64,000 nt of DNA from Rebecca billardiae RCC1528 (taxonomy: Eukaryota; Protista; Haptophyta), in the NCBI GenBank assembly GCA_965240325.2, contig OZ251222.1, positions 1,736,001-1,800,000 on the forward strand. Reading direction: 5' to 3'. The notes under the pieces are model-generated. The model was not told the origin of the DNA and did no database searches. It saw only the letters and a list, made by a program, of their open reading frames with translations. Below, one piece after another: positions 46,327-57,593 of this stretch. How positions within the stretch are numbered: position 1 is the first letter of the stretch; each line of letters begins with the position of its first letter. A program made the position numbers and the translations under genes.

Positions 46327-48582
46327 ATGATGCACACAGGTGCGTTCACGACGGTCCAGCCTACTCTACGGCCGAAGACCTCACAGGACGCAACGAGCAA
46401 GGTGCGCCTCTCCGTTCGCGCCGCCATGCAGGCACGCAGGGCGTGGCACCGGCGCCGGGGGGGTTGGCGCCGGTGGCGGCCGCTATCGGTTCCCGTTGGA
46501 CGCGCTCGGCGCATCCTAGCCCGCGCCAGTCCGACCACCCCGGCCGCCCGCGCCGCCGCGACGCGCGCTGGGCCGCACGACCATGCCGGACACCCCTTGT
46601 GCTCACATGCGCGTGCCCTCCAACCCTCGCCTGCCCTCGCCCATGCGCTGGGCGCGCAGGCAGTATGCTCGCTTTCCCCACAGGCGCTCTCCCGTTCAAG
46701 GGGCGGCGCACACGCGAAAAATTCCTCTCCTGGCAGCTGAGTTTGCTGGAGTCGGTGTTCAAGACGGATCGATTCCCGCCTGCGGTACGCGCGCCCTCTT
46801 CGAGCGTCCGCCGTGTGTGAGCGCGTATCCGACTGCGTGGAAGGGTGTGGCCTCGCCGGCCCCAGCCCCACCCGCGGCCCCCCGCCGCCCAGCGCAGCGA
46901 CCTCCATGCCGCGCGGCTCACCGCCCGCCCGTGGGCTCGTGCGCGCCGCGCTGCATGCCTTGGCCGCGCCCGCCTCCCCTTCTGTCGCGCAGGACGTGCG
47001 CGAGCAGCTCGCCATCGAGCTGGGCATCGCCGAGCGCTGCGTGCGCGTCTGGTTCCAGAACCAGCGCCAGCGGCATCGCAAGGCATCGCAGGCCTCCGCC
47101 GACGTCGCCTCGAACGACGCGGACAAGCGTGAGGAGGAGTCGGGGAGCGGCACCGACGCGCCCGCCGCCACGGACGCTCCTGCCGACGAGGGCTCCGCCG
47201 AGCCGGGCTCGCCGTGCGCCGGGGCGCCGTCTGTCGAGGGCGAGGAGCCGAACGCAGAGCCGCAGGAGGCGGCCCCCTCCGCGTTGGAGGGGCAGCCGCT
47301 CTCGCGCGGCCCCTCGTCGCGCTCGCGCGAGGAGGTGACGCCGACGCAGTCGACGGACGTCGGCGTGCCCTCGTCGGAGCCGAGCACCGGCGCGCCCGCG
47401 TCCGCCGGCGGCTCAACGGGGCAGAAGCTCGACCCGAACGCCGTCATCGAGATGGCCAAGCGCTTCCGCCCGGCCTCGCACCACCTCAGCGGCTCGGCGC
47501 GCGGCAAGTTCGCTCTCCCAGGCGTGATGGACGCCAACTCGGTTTCGTCACTCGGCGCGATCCACGGGCTGCGCCCCGGGCTGGCGGTGCCCGCGGGCAT
47601 GGGCGGCGTGGGGATGCTGGCGGGCAACATCGGGCTGGCGATGGCCGGCCAGCCCGGCGCGTTCGGCGCGGGCACCCTCGGCGCGCTCCCGCCGGGCCAG
47701 ATGGGTGACGTGTCCGCACTGCACGGCGCAATGGCCGCTCAGCAGCTCGGCTTGCCCCCCGGCACGGTGCTCCAGGCGCCCGGCGCTGGCGCCGGGCAGG
47801 TGACGCTCCTCGGCGGGGTCCCGGGCCTGTCGGGCCTGCACCCGAGCGCGCTGCAGGCGAACATGCTCCAGTCCGCCGCCGCGCAGCCGATGCACGCGGG
47901 CGCCGCCGCTGCCGCGGGCGCGCAGCCCGCTCAGCCGCAGCAGCAGCCGCAGTACATCATGAACAACGGCGCGTGCTACCAGCTGGTCACGCCCTCGGCC
48001 GCGGCGGCGGCAGCGGCGGCCGCCGCCACGCCGAGCCTCGGTGAGCCGCAGGGCAGCCTCTCGCAGCCGGGCAGCCTCTCGCAGCATGGCAGCCTCTCGC
48101 AGCATGGCAGCCTGCAGGGCGGGCTCTCGTCACTGCCGCAGCACGGCAGCCTGCAGGGCGGGCTCTCGCAGCACGGCAGCCTGCAGGGCGGGCTCTCGTC
48201 TCTCGGCGAGCAGGCCTACAGCCCAAGCACTGGCAACATCAGGTGGCCCCAGCCTTCCTCGCAGACCGAGCTCGCCTCCTTCGCCGCTGCGGCGGAGCTC
48301 GGTGCGTCCGCAGGGCTCCAGCTGCCGTACTCGCAGGCCCGCGATCAGACCAGCGCCGTGCAGCAGTCGCAGCTCTTCGGCCTGCAGCAGCGCGGCACCG
48401 GCGCCTTTGGCAGCGGGCAGCAGCTCTCGCTTCTGCCGCAGCATCACGCGCTCATGCAGCAGGCGCAGCAGCAGCCGATGGCGCCGCACGGTCAGGGCCT
48501 GGACGCGCTCGCGCACGTGCAGCCGCACATGTTTGGCGCGCAGCTGCCCGCGTCGGCACAGCAGTTCCTGGGCGCGCAATAA
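46327..48582 (+). CDS. Homeobox transcription factor; exons (46327-46339, tentative), 46684-46784, 46993-48582
   Basis: Spliced homeodomain GRRTREKFLSWQLSLLESVFKTDRFPPA/DVREQLAIELGIAERCVRVWFQNQRQRHRK; Q/G/A-rich tail. First exon uncertain (alternative donor at 46402). Confidence 0.85.
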
Positions 48583-48779
48583 GGCGCGGAGCGTGGCCGG
48601 TGCGTGCGCTCGCGACGCGCCACGTGTGCAACCAACCCCGCGCGCCGGCGGCTGCGAGGCTCAACGCACGCGTGAGGCTGACACGACATCGCCGTCGTTG
48701 CCCTCCCCGCGCACCCTGAGCAGCCAGGGCCTCGCCGTGCACTCTCTCATCTCCCAGATCTGAAATCTCTTCCTCAGGC

Positions 48780-48814
48780 CTCTCTCTCTCTCTCTCCCTC
48801 TCCCTCTCTCTCTC
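48780..48814. repeat. (CT)n microsatellite
   Basis: Directly visible. Confidence 0.85.
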
Positions 48815-49883
48815 GCTTCACGATCACGCATACCATTACGGCAGCCAGGGCCATCGCGCATGGCGCCACTTAGACGGGATCCGGTGATGCCGCCAACACG
48901 GCCCAACAGCTCACGATCTGCCGGCGGATCGGTCGCGCTGGCGCCGCTGGGCGGTCACTCCGCTAACTCGTGACTCGAACGGGCGCACGTCGACCCGGAA
49001 TGAGTTCATCAGCAATTTAGTCAGATCATATTTTGATCGAGTGACGACGCTGTCAAAGGGTGAAGAGAGCGGGCTCCAGCCACAGTCCGAGGGACGTCCA
49101 CTGACCCTATCACTATGGGGGGGGTGCATTCAGACGAACCCCTGGGAGCCAGGGAGCGATGAGGGTACCAATCGAAAGATCTCCGGGGCGGCGGACGAAG
49201 CCGCAGGTTCAAAACCGAAGCCGCAGACGATTTCGTATGTTTCCTTGTCCTTGAACGCGTCGTCACAGTCGAACACGGAGGACTCCATCGTGCTGAACTT
49301 GTTTTTGGGCTCCCGGACCGGTCTCTCGCACGATGGAGCGCCGCCGAGCGGGCGAGGAGACGAGACGTCTTGGAGGCCTTGATCCGGGCGCATCCGCTGG
49401 TTGGCCGCGGCACCCTGTCGCGCTCGCGCCCCGGGTGCACCTTCGTGCACTGAGAGTCACCGATGGGCGAGAAGCTGCTCGTCGACTCGAGCAAGCTGCG
49501 CGCTTTCCGCGTCGAGCTGCTCGCGCCGGCGGCCACACCTCGCGGCGGTGCGGGCGTGCGCATGAGCTTGTCGGCTTCTAGCTGCTCGCGCCCCGGGCCG
49601 CGCCGTCAGCTCGTGGTGCCACGGGTATGCGCACGAGCTCGTGCTTGGCTGCAGCTCCTCAGAGGACTGCCACAGCTGGCTGGCTCAGAGCTTGTTCGCG
49701 AGTGCTAAGGTGCGGCGTGCCTCGCTGATGCGCATACAATACTCTAAGAGTACCCGATCAGACCGTGAAACGTGTGTACATCACGTCGGGGAGCCAACTT
49801 CACGTGTCACTGGTCCTTGCACTCGACTGTCCGTCACCCACGGCCACGAGCGAATGTGGAAAGACGCGAACCCGCAAAGGATA

Positions 49884-50558
49884 CAGGTGGGTGAGGGCAG
49901 AATGAGACAAAATCCCGGATCGTGTTTTGCTCTCCACCACGATGGCGCTCACGCCCTTCGCGCACGTCGTCGTGGAGGGCATCAGACGAAGAGTTCAAGC
50001 TGCGAGTCTCGTGGGCTAACTCCATGCCGTTGAGGAGCACGAGCACCATCAAGTTTGTCTCACTTTGGGGGGGTGAGGGCACTTTGAGACAAACCGCGTG
50101 CGCACGCCCGACGAGCTCACCAACTGGGGAGAGCAAGCTTCCCATGGGCTCTTGACGCGTGTCTGACGTCCCTACTACCTCCCATGGCATGGCCAGCCGT
50201 CAGGTTGGCGTCCCCTTGCAGTAGTAGGCTACCTTGCTCACGTCACTGAAGGGCACCGTGCATCGCTGTTCGCGGCCGTCTCACAGTGGCGGGGCACGTT
50301 CGGCGGCTACGTTTGGTGCGTGCAGGCCAGGCATGGGCAGCGGAGCGGCCTGCAAACGAGCGGAGGTGCCAGGCATGCACCTTGGGCACACATGTAACGC
50401 GTCTCGACAGACTTGCGTCCACCTCACCGGGCGCTGTAGCGCGTGCGAGGCGGGCGCCATCCACCACGCCCAGTGGGCGCCACTGGACCGCCGTCCGCCA
50501 CTGGGCCGCCACCTTTGTCTCAAAGTGCCCTCTGTCTCATTCTGCCCTCATCGACCTG
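49884..50558. mobile_element. Tc1/mariner (pogo-like) MITE, 675 bp, TA TSD
   Basis: TA|CAGGTGGGTGAGGGCAGAATGAGACA ... TGTCTCATTCTGCCCTCATCGACCTG|TA; internal subterminal copies GAGGGCACTTTGAGACAAA at ~50075 (+) and ~50515 (-). Confidence 0.88.
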
Positions 50559-50561
50559 TAC

Positions 50562-52233
50562 ATTGCGACAGCACTGGCACGGCCCGCCGACCCCCCCGCC
50601 CGCCAGGGCACAGTTTTTTGTAAGCCCCTTGATCCGACCTTTGAATCATCATCTCACATCTCTTGCTGTTACCGCGGACGTAGCTGGGGGAGTCGATGAC
50701 TGACAGATTGATGCACGAAAAACCGTTGGCCCTCATTGGGATCTGACTAAATGGCGGGCCGTAGGTCCGCCCCTTGTAGTGCCCGGGAAAAAGATAAGAA
50801 AAAGAAAAGGAAAAAAGAAAATCGCCTCGCAAAGAAAAGAAAATCGCCTCGCTCACTGCCGGGTCGCTTCGCTCACTACCGGGCGCCCTCGCAGCTCCCA
50901 CTGGGGACGCTCGGCCGAAAACCATGTGGCGCCTGGCGCGGAGCGCGTGGGCCGCGCGCGCCGAATCCAACGCCGGCGCGGACATCGCGCGGGGATTCCC
51001 GAACGGTGTTTTCGCCCGATTCGCGATTGCTGCCCTCGTCGTCTCGCGTGCAGGTCGAACGGGCGCTAAATCGACGCGTTTGGAGCGGTACGCTCGGCGC
51101 GTCGACACGATCGTGCGACCTGGGGCGATCCTCGCCCGACGTGCACGTCGAACGCTCGCACCGGCCGTAGCATCAAGCGCTGCGCACGATGGCCGCCTCG
51201 CTCGATTCACCGTCGCGCGTCGGGCTCGGTGCGGAACGGCCCTCATCACGAGGCGTCTCGCGGGCGGGAAGCGCCATCGCACGCGACGCAAGATTTGGCG
51301 CGGCCTTCTGAACACCATAACCGGAATCCACACACCGGACTGTCGCGTGCCCCGGCCCTTGGCAAGGTCGGGCGCATGCAAATCCGTTTGCTACGATCGG
51401 TGGTGTTCCTCGCGAGCTCGCGGGCAAAGATCGCTCGGCGCTCGAGGGCCCACGTCCGGCCTGCATGGCGCCGACGGTGACCAATGCGACGGAGGGGCAG
51501 CGCAAAGCGGCGTACGACGCGCACCGCACGCACCTCCCGGGTTTGCAGCCGTGGAAGGAACCGCGTCTTGGCGAGTCGGCGGCCCTCGTCGCACAGCGCT
51601 ATGACCGATCCCAGAGGCGCATCCGCGACGAGCTGAAACGCCGAGCGTGCAACATTGTCGCCCCATCCTCCACCATGTCACGAGCGCTGCGGGACGAGGC
51701 CGACGTCGTGAAGCCAGTGGCACATGCGCTGCGCTTCCTGTGCCTGCTCGAGCAGCGCGTGCCCACCCTCGATCGCGAGTGGCACACGCTCTCGCACTGC
51801 GCGCGCGCGCACCGCACTTCCAGACGACCTAAACAAATGAAACATGACATCACACTCCGCCACCACTGTTTAGCTCCGAGGACATTGAACCGTCACCGTC
51901 AGGCGTCACAAGCAAGCCGCCGTCGCACGCCAATCAGTTGGCAGTGCGTGCGCGCAGTCGACGGCTCGGCACCCGGGACTTGACGAGTAGCGCCGAGTGG
52001 GTGCACGAATAAATAACACGCGCAATCACACTGTCGGTGAGATCACCAGAGTCATCTGTCGCGTTATTATTCGTCAGTGAGTCAGGTAGCTCACCATCAT
52101 CTGTGTGTCGCATTGTTATTCGTCATCCTGCCCGTCAAACCGCTAAATAAAAGGCGCGAACCCGCTGGGGAAATATTGCGACAGCACTGGCACGGCCCGC
52201 CGACCCCCCCGCCCGCCAGGGCAGAGTTTTGTA
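50562..52233 (+). repeat. Pair of direct repeats (~60 bp; 50562-50622 and 52175-52233)
   Basis: attgcgacagcactggcacggcccgccgacccccccgcccgccagggca identical in both copies. Confidence 0.85.
51465..51983 (+). pseudogene. Possible degenerate transposase (hAT-like) fragment
   Basis: DVVKPVAHALRFLCLLEQRVPTL loosely resembles the hAT L.P...A...L.....PTL segment; lies in a repeat-rich, gene-free region. Confidence 0.25.
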
Positions 52234-52672
52234 TTCCTCGGGATACCTATTGGAAGGCCATCAACTTTGTAAGAATCACCGGACTTCGCGTGTCCTACCG
52301 GAAAACTCGCTCCGCTCGCATGCTTGTTCTTACAGAACAACCAATGCAAGCGGGGCTCGCGATTATATAAGTCGTCAAGTTGAGTAAAGTAGCTACATGG
52401 GGGATCACGGCGACGAACTACTTGTTGACGAACTTTGTGATTCGAGTACCGCGCGGCGCGCAAGAGCAAGGCCGCCGCTGCGGTCGTCGTATTATTAAAT
52501 AAAGGGACTGGATATAGCACCGGCGCGACCGGCGGCAAAACGAGACGAGCTGGAGAGCTCGAGCCTCGAGGGGCCAGGCTTGGTCGCCGCGTAAAAAGTC
52601 GCCTTTGCGCTCGCGAGCGCCAGGCCCATCGCCGTGCACAGCAGTATCGTTCCTGACCGCCGAGCCTCCAGG

Positions 52673-55346
52673 ATGCTCGCGCACTGCCTGGCCGCGGCCG
52701 CGCTCGCCGCGCTCGCGCTGGCGCCCCTTGCAGAGGCCACCGAGACCAAGACCACTGCCGCCGACCACGGGTGCGCGCCCCGCTTCGCGCGCGCGCCGTC
52801 CGGCCCGCGGCTCCGTTGACCCACTTGACCGACGCTGCTCCCCATTGCGCCGCGCGGTCGCGCCGCAGCGAGCGCCGCCAGCTGGGTACGTACTACGGCA
52901 CGGCCGGGTCGGACGTTCTGGATGGAGGCAGCGCGTACGGCGGCACCCCCGGCGTTCCCGGCATGGGAGTCGCCAACTACCTGCTCGGCGGCGACGGCGA
53001 CGACACGATCACTGGCGGCGATGCGGGCTACGGCTACAACAACGGCTACGGCGGCGACGCGTACAACTACGCCGGCGGTGGTGGTGGGGACGACGTCCTG
53101 ACCGGTGGCAAGGCCGGCGATGGCACCGGCTACGGCGGCGGCACCGGTGGCTTCAACTCCGCCTACGCGGACGGCGGCGATGTGTACAACGTCCTCATCG
53201 GCGGCCCGGGCGCCGACTCTGCTGTCGGCGGCGGCGGCGGCACGGGGGCCGGCACTTGGACGTACGGGGGCGGCGCCGACAACGTGATCTACTCCGGCGG
53301 TGGTGACGACACCGTGGTTGGAGGCGGGGGCGGCGACGCGCTCGGGTACGCCTCGACCGGCGGCAACAGCAGGAACACCATTAACGGCGGGGCCGGCGCG
53401 GACTCGCTGACGGGCGGCTCCGCGGGCGTTGCCGCTCAGAAGTACACGAACGCCGGCTGGGTCTATAACACCATCTTCGGCGACACCGACGACACGCTGA
53501 TCGCCGGTGGCAACGGTGGCAACGCCTATAACTACGCAAACGCGTACGGCGGGCGGGTTTACAACTTCCTCTACGGTGACAACAAGAAGAACACGCTCAC
53601 CGGAGGGGACGGTGGCGATGCCTACGCCACCGGCGATGCTGGCAGTGCGATCAACTTCTTCATTGCTGGAGGCGGTGTCGACCACATTCACGGCGGTGAT
53701 GCGGGCGAGTCCAAGTCGGAGGGCTCGCTTGGTGCCGGCACGTGGGGCGGTGGCGCAAACAACAAGGTCCACGCTGGCGATGGCGACGACCACATCCACG
53801 GAGGCAGCGGCGGTGACGCGGTGCTGGACTACACGGGCGGTGCCTATGCCGTCAACTGTGCGCGCCCCCGCTCGCCGCCGCCGCCGCGCGCACCGCGCAC
53901 TGCGCTCACAGCCGCCCGCCACGCCCGTGCGACGCGCTGTTCTTGCCCATCGGGGCGGCGCGTGCGCTGCAGACGTGCTCGCCGGCTCGGGCGACGACAC
54001 TTTCCATGGCGGCGACCGTGGTGAGCTCCACAGCAGCGTTGCCGGCGCTGTCGGTCAGGTCTTCAACGATGCCAACGGTGCGTCAAGGCCCTGCCCAGCA
54101 CTCTCCGCGCACGAGCGTGCGGCGCGCACGGGCGCCTGTGGCCACTGCGGCAGGCAGCTCGGCACCCGCGCTCACTCGCTGCGTCGCCGCGCGGGGCGTG
54201 CGCCCCCATCGGGTGCTGTTTCGTGTGACCCCGTCGCCCACCACACGCCGCGTCGCCAGGCGAGCGCGGCGACGACAAGCTGTACGGCGGCGACGGTGGC
54301 GAAATCAGCACCAGCGGGCTCGTGTACACGCTGTACAACTACCTGGACGGCGGGCAGGGCAAGGACAAGCTGGTCGGTGGCGACGGCAGCGACGTGACCG
54401 GCGAGGACGTCACCATTGGCGGTTTTGTCTACAACAAGCTCACAGGCGGAAAGAACCAGGACGAGCTGCAGGGAGGCGACTCCGGCGACGGCTCTGCGTC
54501 AGGCGCCGTCGGTGGCGTGGCATTCAACACACTCGAGGGCGGGAACGCCGCGGACACTCTCGTCGGTGGCGACGCGGGCGACGGCACGCGCGGCGGCACG
54601 GGCGGCGCCGCCTACAATTTCCTGTACGGCGGTGGCGGCCACGACGTGATCCACGGCGGAGACGACGGTGAGGGCCAGGGTGACTACGCTGGCACAGTCT
54701 ACAACAAAGTCAAGGGTACGCGCCCACCAGCACCACTGGCCGCTCGCCCGGCACGCGCAGGGGGGGGGGGGGGGCGGCCACACCCATCCCAGGGTCGCAC
54801 GCGGCGCGCCCAGACGCGTACAGCCGCATGCGTGTGTGCGTGCTCACGCCTGCGTCGCGCGCGCCCGCGCACCCGCGCGCCAGGTGGTGCGGGCGACGAC
54901 GTCATCCATGGCGGCGACGGCTATGACTACATTGACGGTGTGCGCGGACGCATGCGTGCACCTGCGCGCGCGGCCCGACGTTGCTGCTTCCGAGGGCATC
55001 CGAATACGCCTGCGCTCATCTGCCCCCCCCCCTGCGCGCGCAACCCGCGCCGCGCATGGCACTCGCAGGCGGCGCGGGCGCCGATGTGATCTACGCGAAG
55101 GATGGCAAGCGTGACGTGATCTACTTCGACTCGCACGACACGGTGCACCACGACGAGGGCATCGACGAGCTCATCCAGACCGACCTTAAGTGCCCGGTGG
55201 GCTGCGTGCCTGAGCACGAGATGACCGGCCGTCGCTCGTTGCTCTTCGGCAACTTCAAGCCCGTGCCCCTGCCGGACCCGTTCACGCCTGATGAGGTTCC
55301 GCCGCCCGAAGTTTCTGCGTGCCCGGCCGGCTGTGTCGCCAAGTAG
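52673..55346 (+). CDS. Secreted RTX-like (hemolysin-type Ca-binding) glycine-rich repeat protein; exons 52673-52770, 52869-53857, 53973-54077, 54260-54715, 54884-54937, 55069-55346
   Basis: Signal peptide MLAHCLAAAALAALALAPLAEA; ~17 or more GGxGxDx(L/I)xGG units; five GT-AG introns restore one frame; Cys-containing C-terminus. Confidence 0.87.
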
Positions 55347-55932
55347 TAAGTGCTGTACGTCACCCAGGGTGGTGGGGGCAGCTACTGCTGCACAGTTGCT
55401 GTGGTGGGTCATCTGGCGCGGAGCGCACAAGGCGTCCCGGCTTCTCACTGGCGCAGCCCGGCGGCACGGCCCTTTGGTTCCGCGAATCGCTGCCTAACAA
55501 CTCACTCTACTGCCCGGGGCCGAGCCCGAACCGATCGTCATCATCAAGCAAGGCAGCGGGGGCTGGCGCCGGAGGCAGCGAGCAGCTGACCTTTGTCGGA
55601 CCCGGAGCCCGTCACCCGAGCCACAGAGGACCACGTTTATGGCGCGCGTCGACGCCAGACGGTGCGTTGGGCTTTAACAGCTCGGCGATGGCGGGGGCGA
55701 CTGCGAGGAGCGCTGATCCTGGTGTTTGTCCAGGCTGCTGACCGATCTGCTACAGCTTACTAGTTACGCTGATGACTCTGACGCCTGCCCGAACGTTCAC
55801 TGTTGCAGTGCCACGACTACGTTAAATATATATATACTACTAGATCGATCATATCGCGATGACGATCGATCGATACTTAATATCTTGTGTCAGTGCTGCA
55901 CTCATCAGGCGGATTAGCAGCATGACGAACTA

Positions 55933-55935
<3 letters not shown>

Positions 55936-55966
<31 letters not shown>
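55936..55966. repeat. (GA)n microsatellite
   Basis: Directly visible. Confidence 0.9.
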
Positions 55967-55968
<2 letters not shown>

Positions 55969-56076
55969 CAGTAGCTAAGCTAGATCTCCGCCACGCGCGG
56001 CCCGCGCCTCCTGATCTGACAGATTTCCTCAGACCTTCATATTCATCTAAGTAATGCGGCTGCGTCAGCGTCGGCG

Positions 56077-56632
56077 TCACAGCTTCACGAGCCCGCCGTA
56101 GAAGTCCGAGGCCTGGCCGCCTGGCGGGACACCGCCAGCCGAAGAGCCGACGGGGAAGCTGCTCGCCTGCGTATTGAACGCTTGCATCACAGCCTGTTGC
56201 TTGCGCTCCGCCTCGCCAGGCGGCCGCAGAGGCTCGGGCATCGGGAGCGTCGGTGGTCCAGAGGGCTGTGGGGGCGGGGGCGCACTGGCCGCGGGCGGTG
56301 GCTGCGACACCGCCGGCGGCCAGGGCTGCTGGGTGGGCTGCTGCCACTGCGGCTGTGCGGGCCATTGCGCCTGCTGCTGCGTCTGCTGCGGCGGCGGCCA
56401 TGGCTGCTGTGCGCGCTGCTGCTGCTGGGGCTGCCAATTCGCAGCGTTTGGCGGCGCGCCCAGCGGCTGCTGCCGCTGCTGCTGCCATTGCGGCTGCCCG
56501 GCGGGTGTCGGTGCAGCAGCGCCTGGGTACTGCTGAGAGTAATGCGCCTGCCCGGCGGCGTATGCCTGCGGGTGCTGTGCGTGCGGCTGCTGCCACTGCG
56601 GCCGCGCCACGTGCTGCTGCGGGGCATACGCG

Positions 56633-56684
<52 letters not shown>

Positions 56685-57414
56685 CCGGCTGCATGAGAGC
56701 GTAGTGCGTGGGCGGGGGCCCCGGCGGCGGGCCGCCAATCACGGGCGGTGGCGGGGCGGGATGAGAGGGTGGCGGGGGCGGGGGCGCAGCGGATGGAGGC
56801 GGCGGGCCCGATGGCGCGAGCGAAGCGCTGAGCAGGTCGAGCGCGGCCCCCTGGGCACTCGATGCCCCCGGCTGCGGCGGTGGTGGCGCCGGGTCGGTGA
56901 GCCCTCCGAGCAGGTCCGGTTCCGGCGGGTTCGAGCGAGACTTGGCCGCCTCGAGCGCGCGACGCTGCTCTTCCAGTCGTCTATTATGGTCCCTCACGCG
57001 CTGCTGCTCGCGGCGCTGCTGCTCGCTGCCCGGCTGGACGGCAGGTGGACTCTGTGCCGTGCCTGCGCTGCCTGGCGACGGCTCGCCCGCAGAGTTGCCC
57101 ATGGAGTCGACGAAGACGGGCGCCACGTTCCGCCCAAGCGCAGATGGCAGCGGGAGGGACGACCGCTTGATCTCGATCGTGCATGTCGGGCCCGAGTTGC
57201 TGATCACCTCCTTCACGGCCATGACAGACGCCACCTTGCGCACATCAAACCCATTCACAGCGATCACCTCATCCCCTGGCTCCAATAGGTTGCGTGCGTC
57301 GTCCACGTCCAGCGCGACGATCTTCTCGATCGCGGGACGGCCGTCACGATTCGGGCGCACGTATATGCCGAACTTGCCGTTCGCATCGCGCTTGAGGACG
57401 GCCTTGACCAGCAT
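56077..57414 (-). CDS. PDZ-domain protein with Pro/Gln-rich tail
   Basis: LKRDANGKFGIYV...LEPGDEVIAVNG...VKEVISNSGPTCTIEIKR; polyQ and polyP. Confidence 0.85.
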
Positions 57415-57593
57415 GGGTCCCGTGCGCGAGGAGGCGCCGAGATGCACCAGAGACCGCTACGCGCGCGCTCGCCGCTGCCCAGCCTAAGCGGAAGGGTGTC
57501 CGGTTGGCCAAGCATCGCAAGGACGCCCGTCCGGATCACTGATCCGGACAGGCTAAGAAGCGGGCGGCGCGGCCCGCGGAAAAATCAACAGCC

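Noticed and set aside
48910-49750. Short ORFs downstream of the homeobox gene
   Set aside because: No motifs or consistent frame; probably decayed repeat sequence
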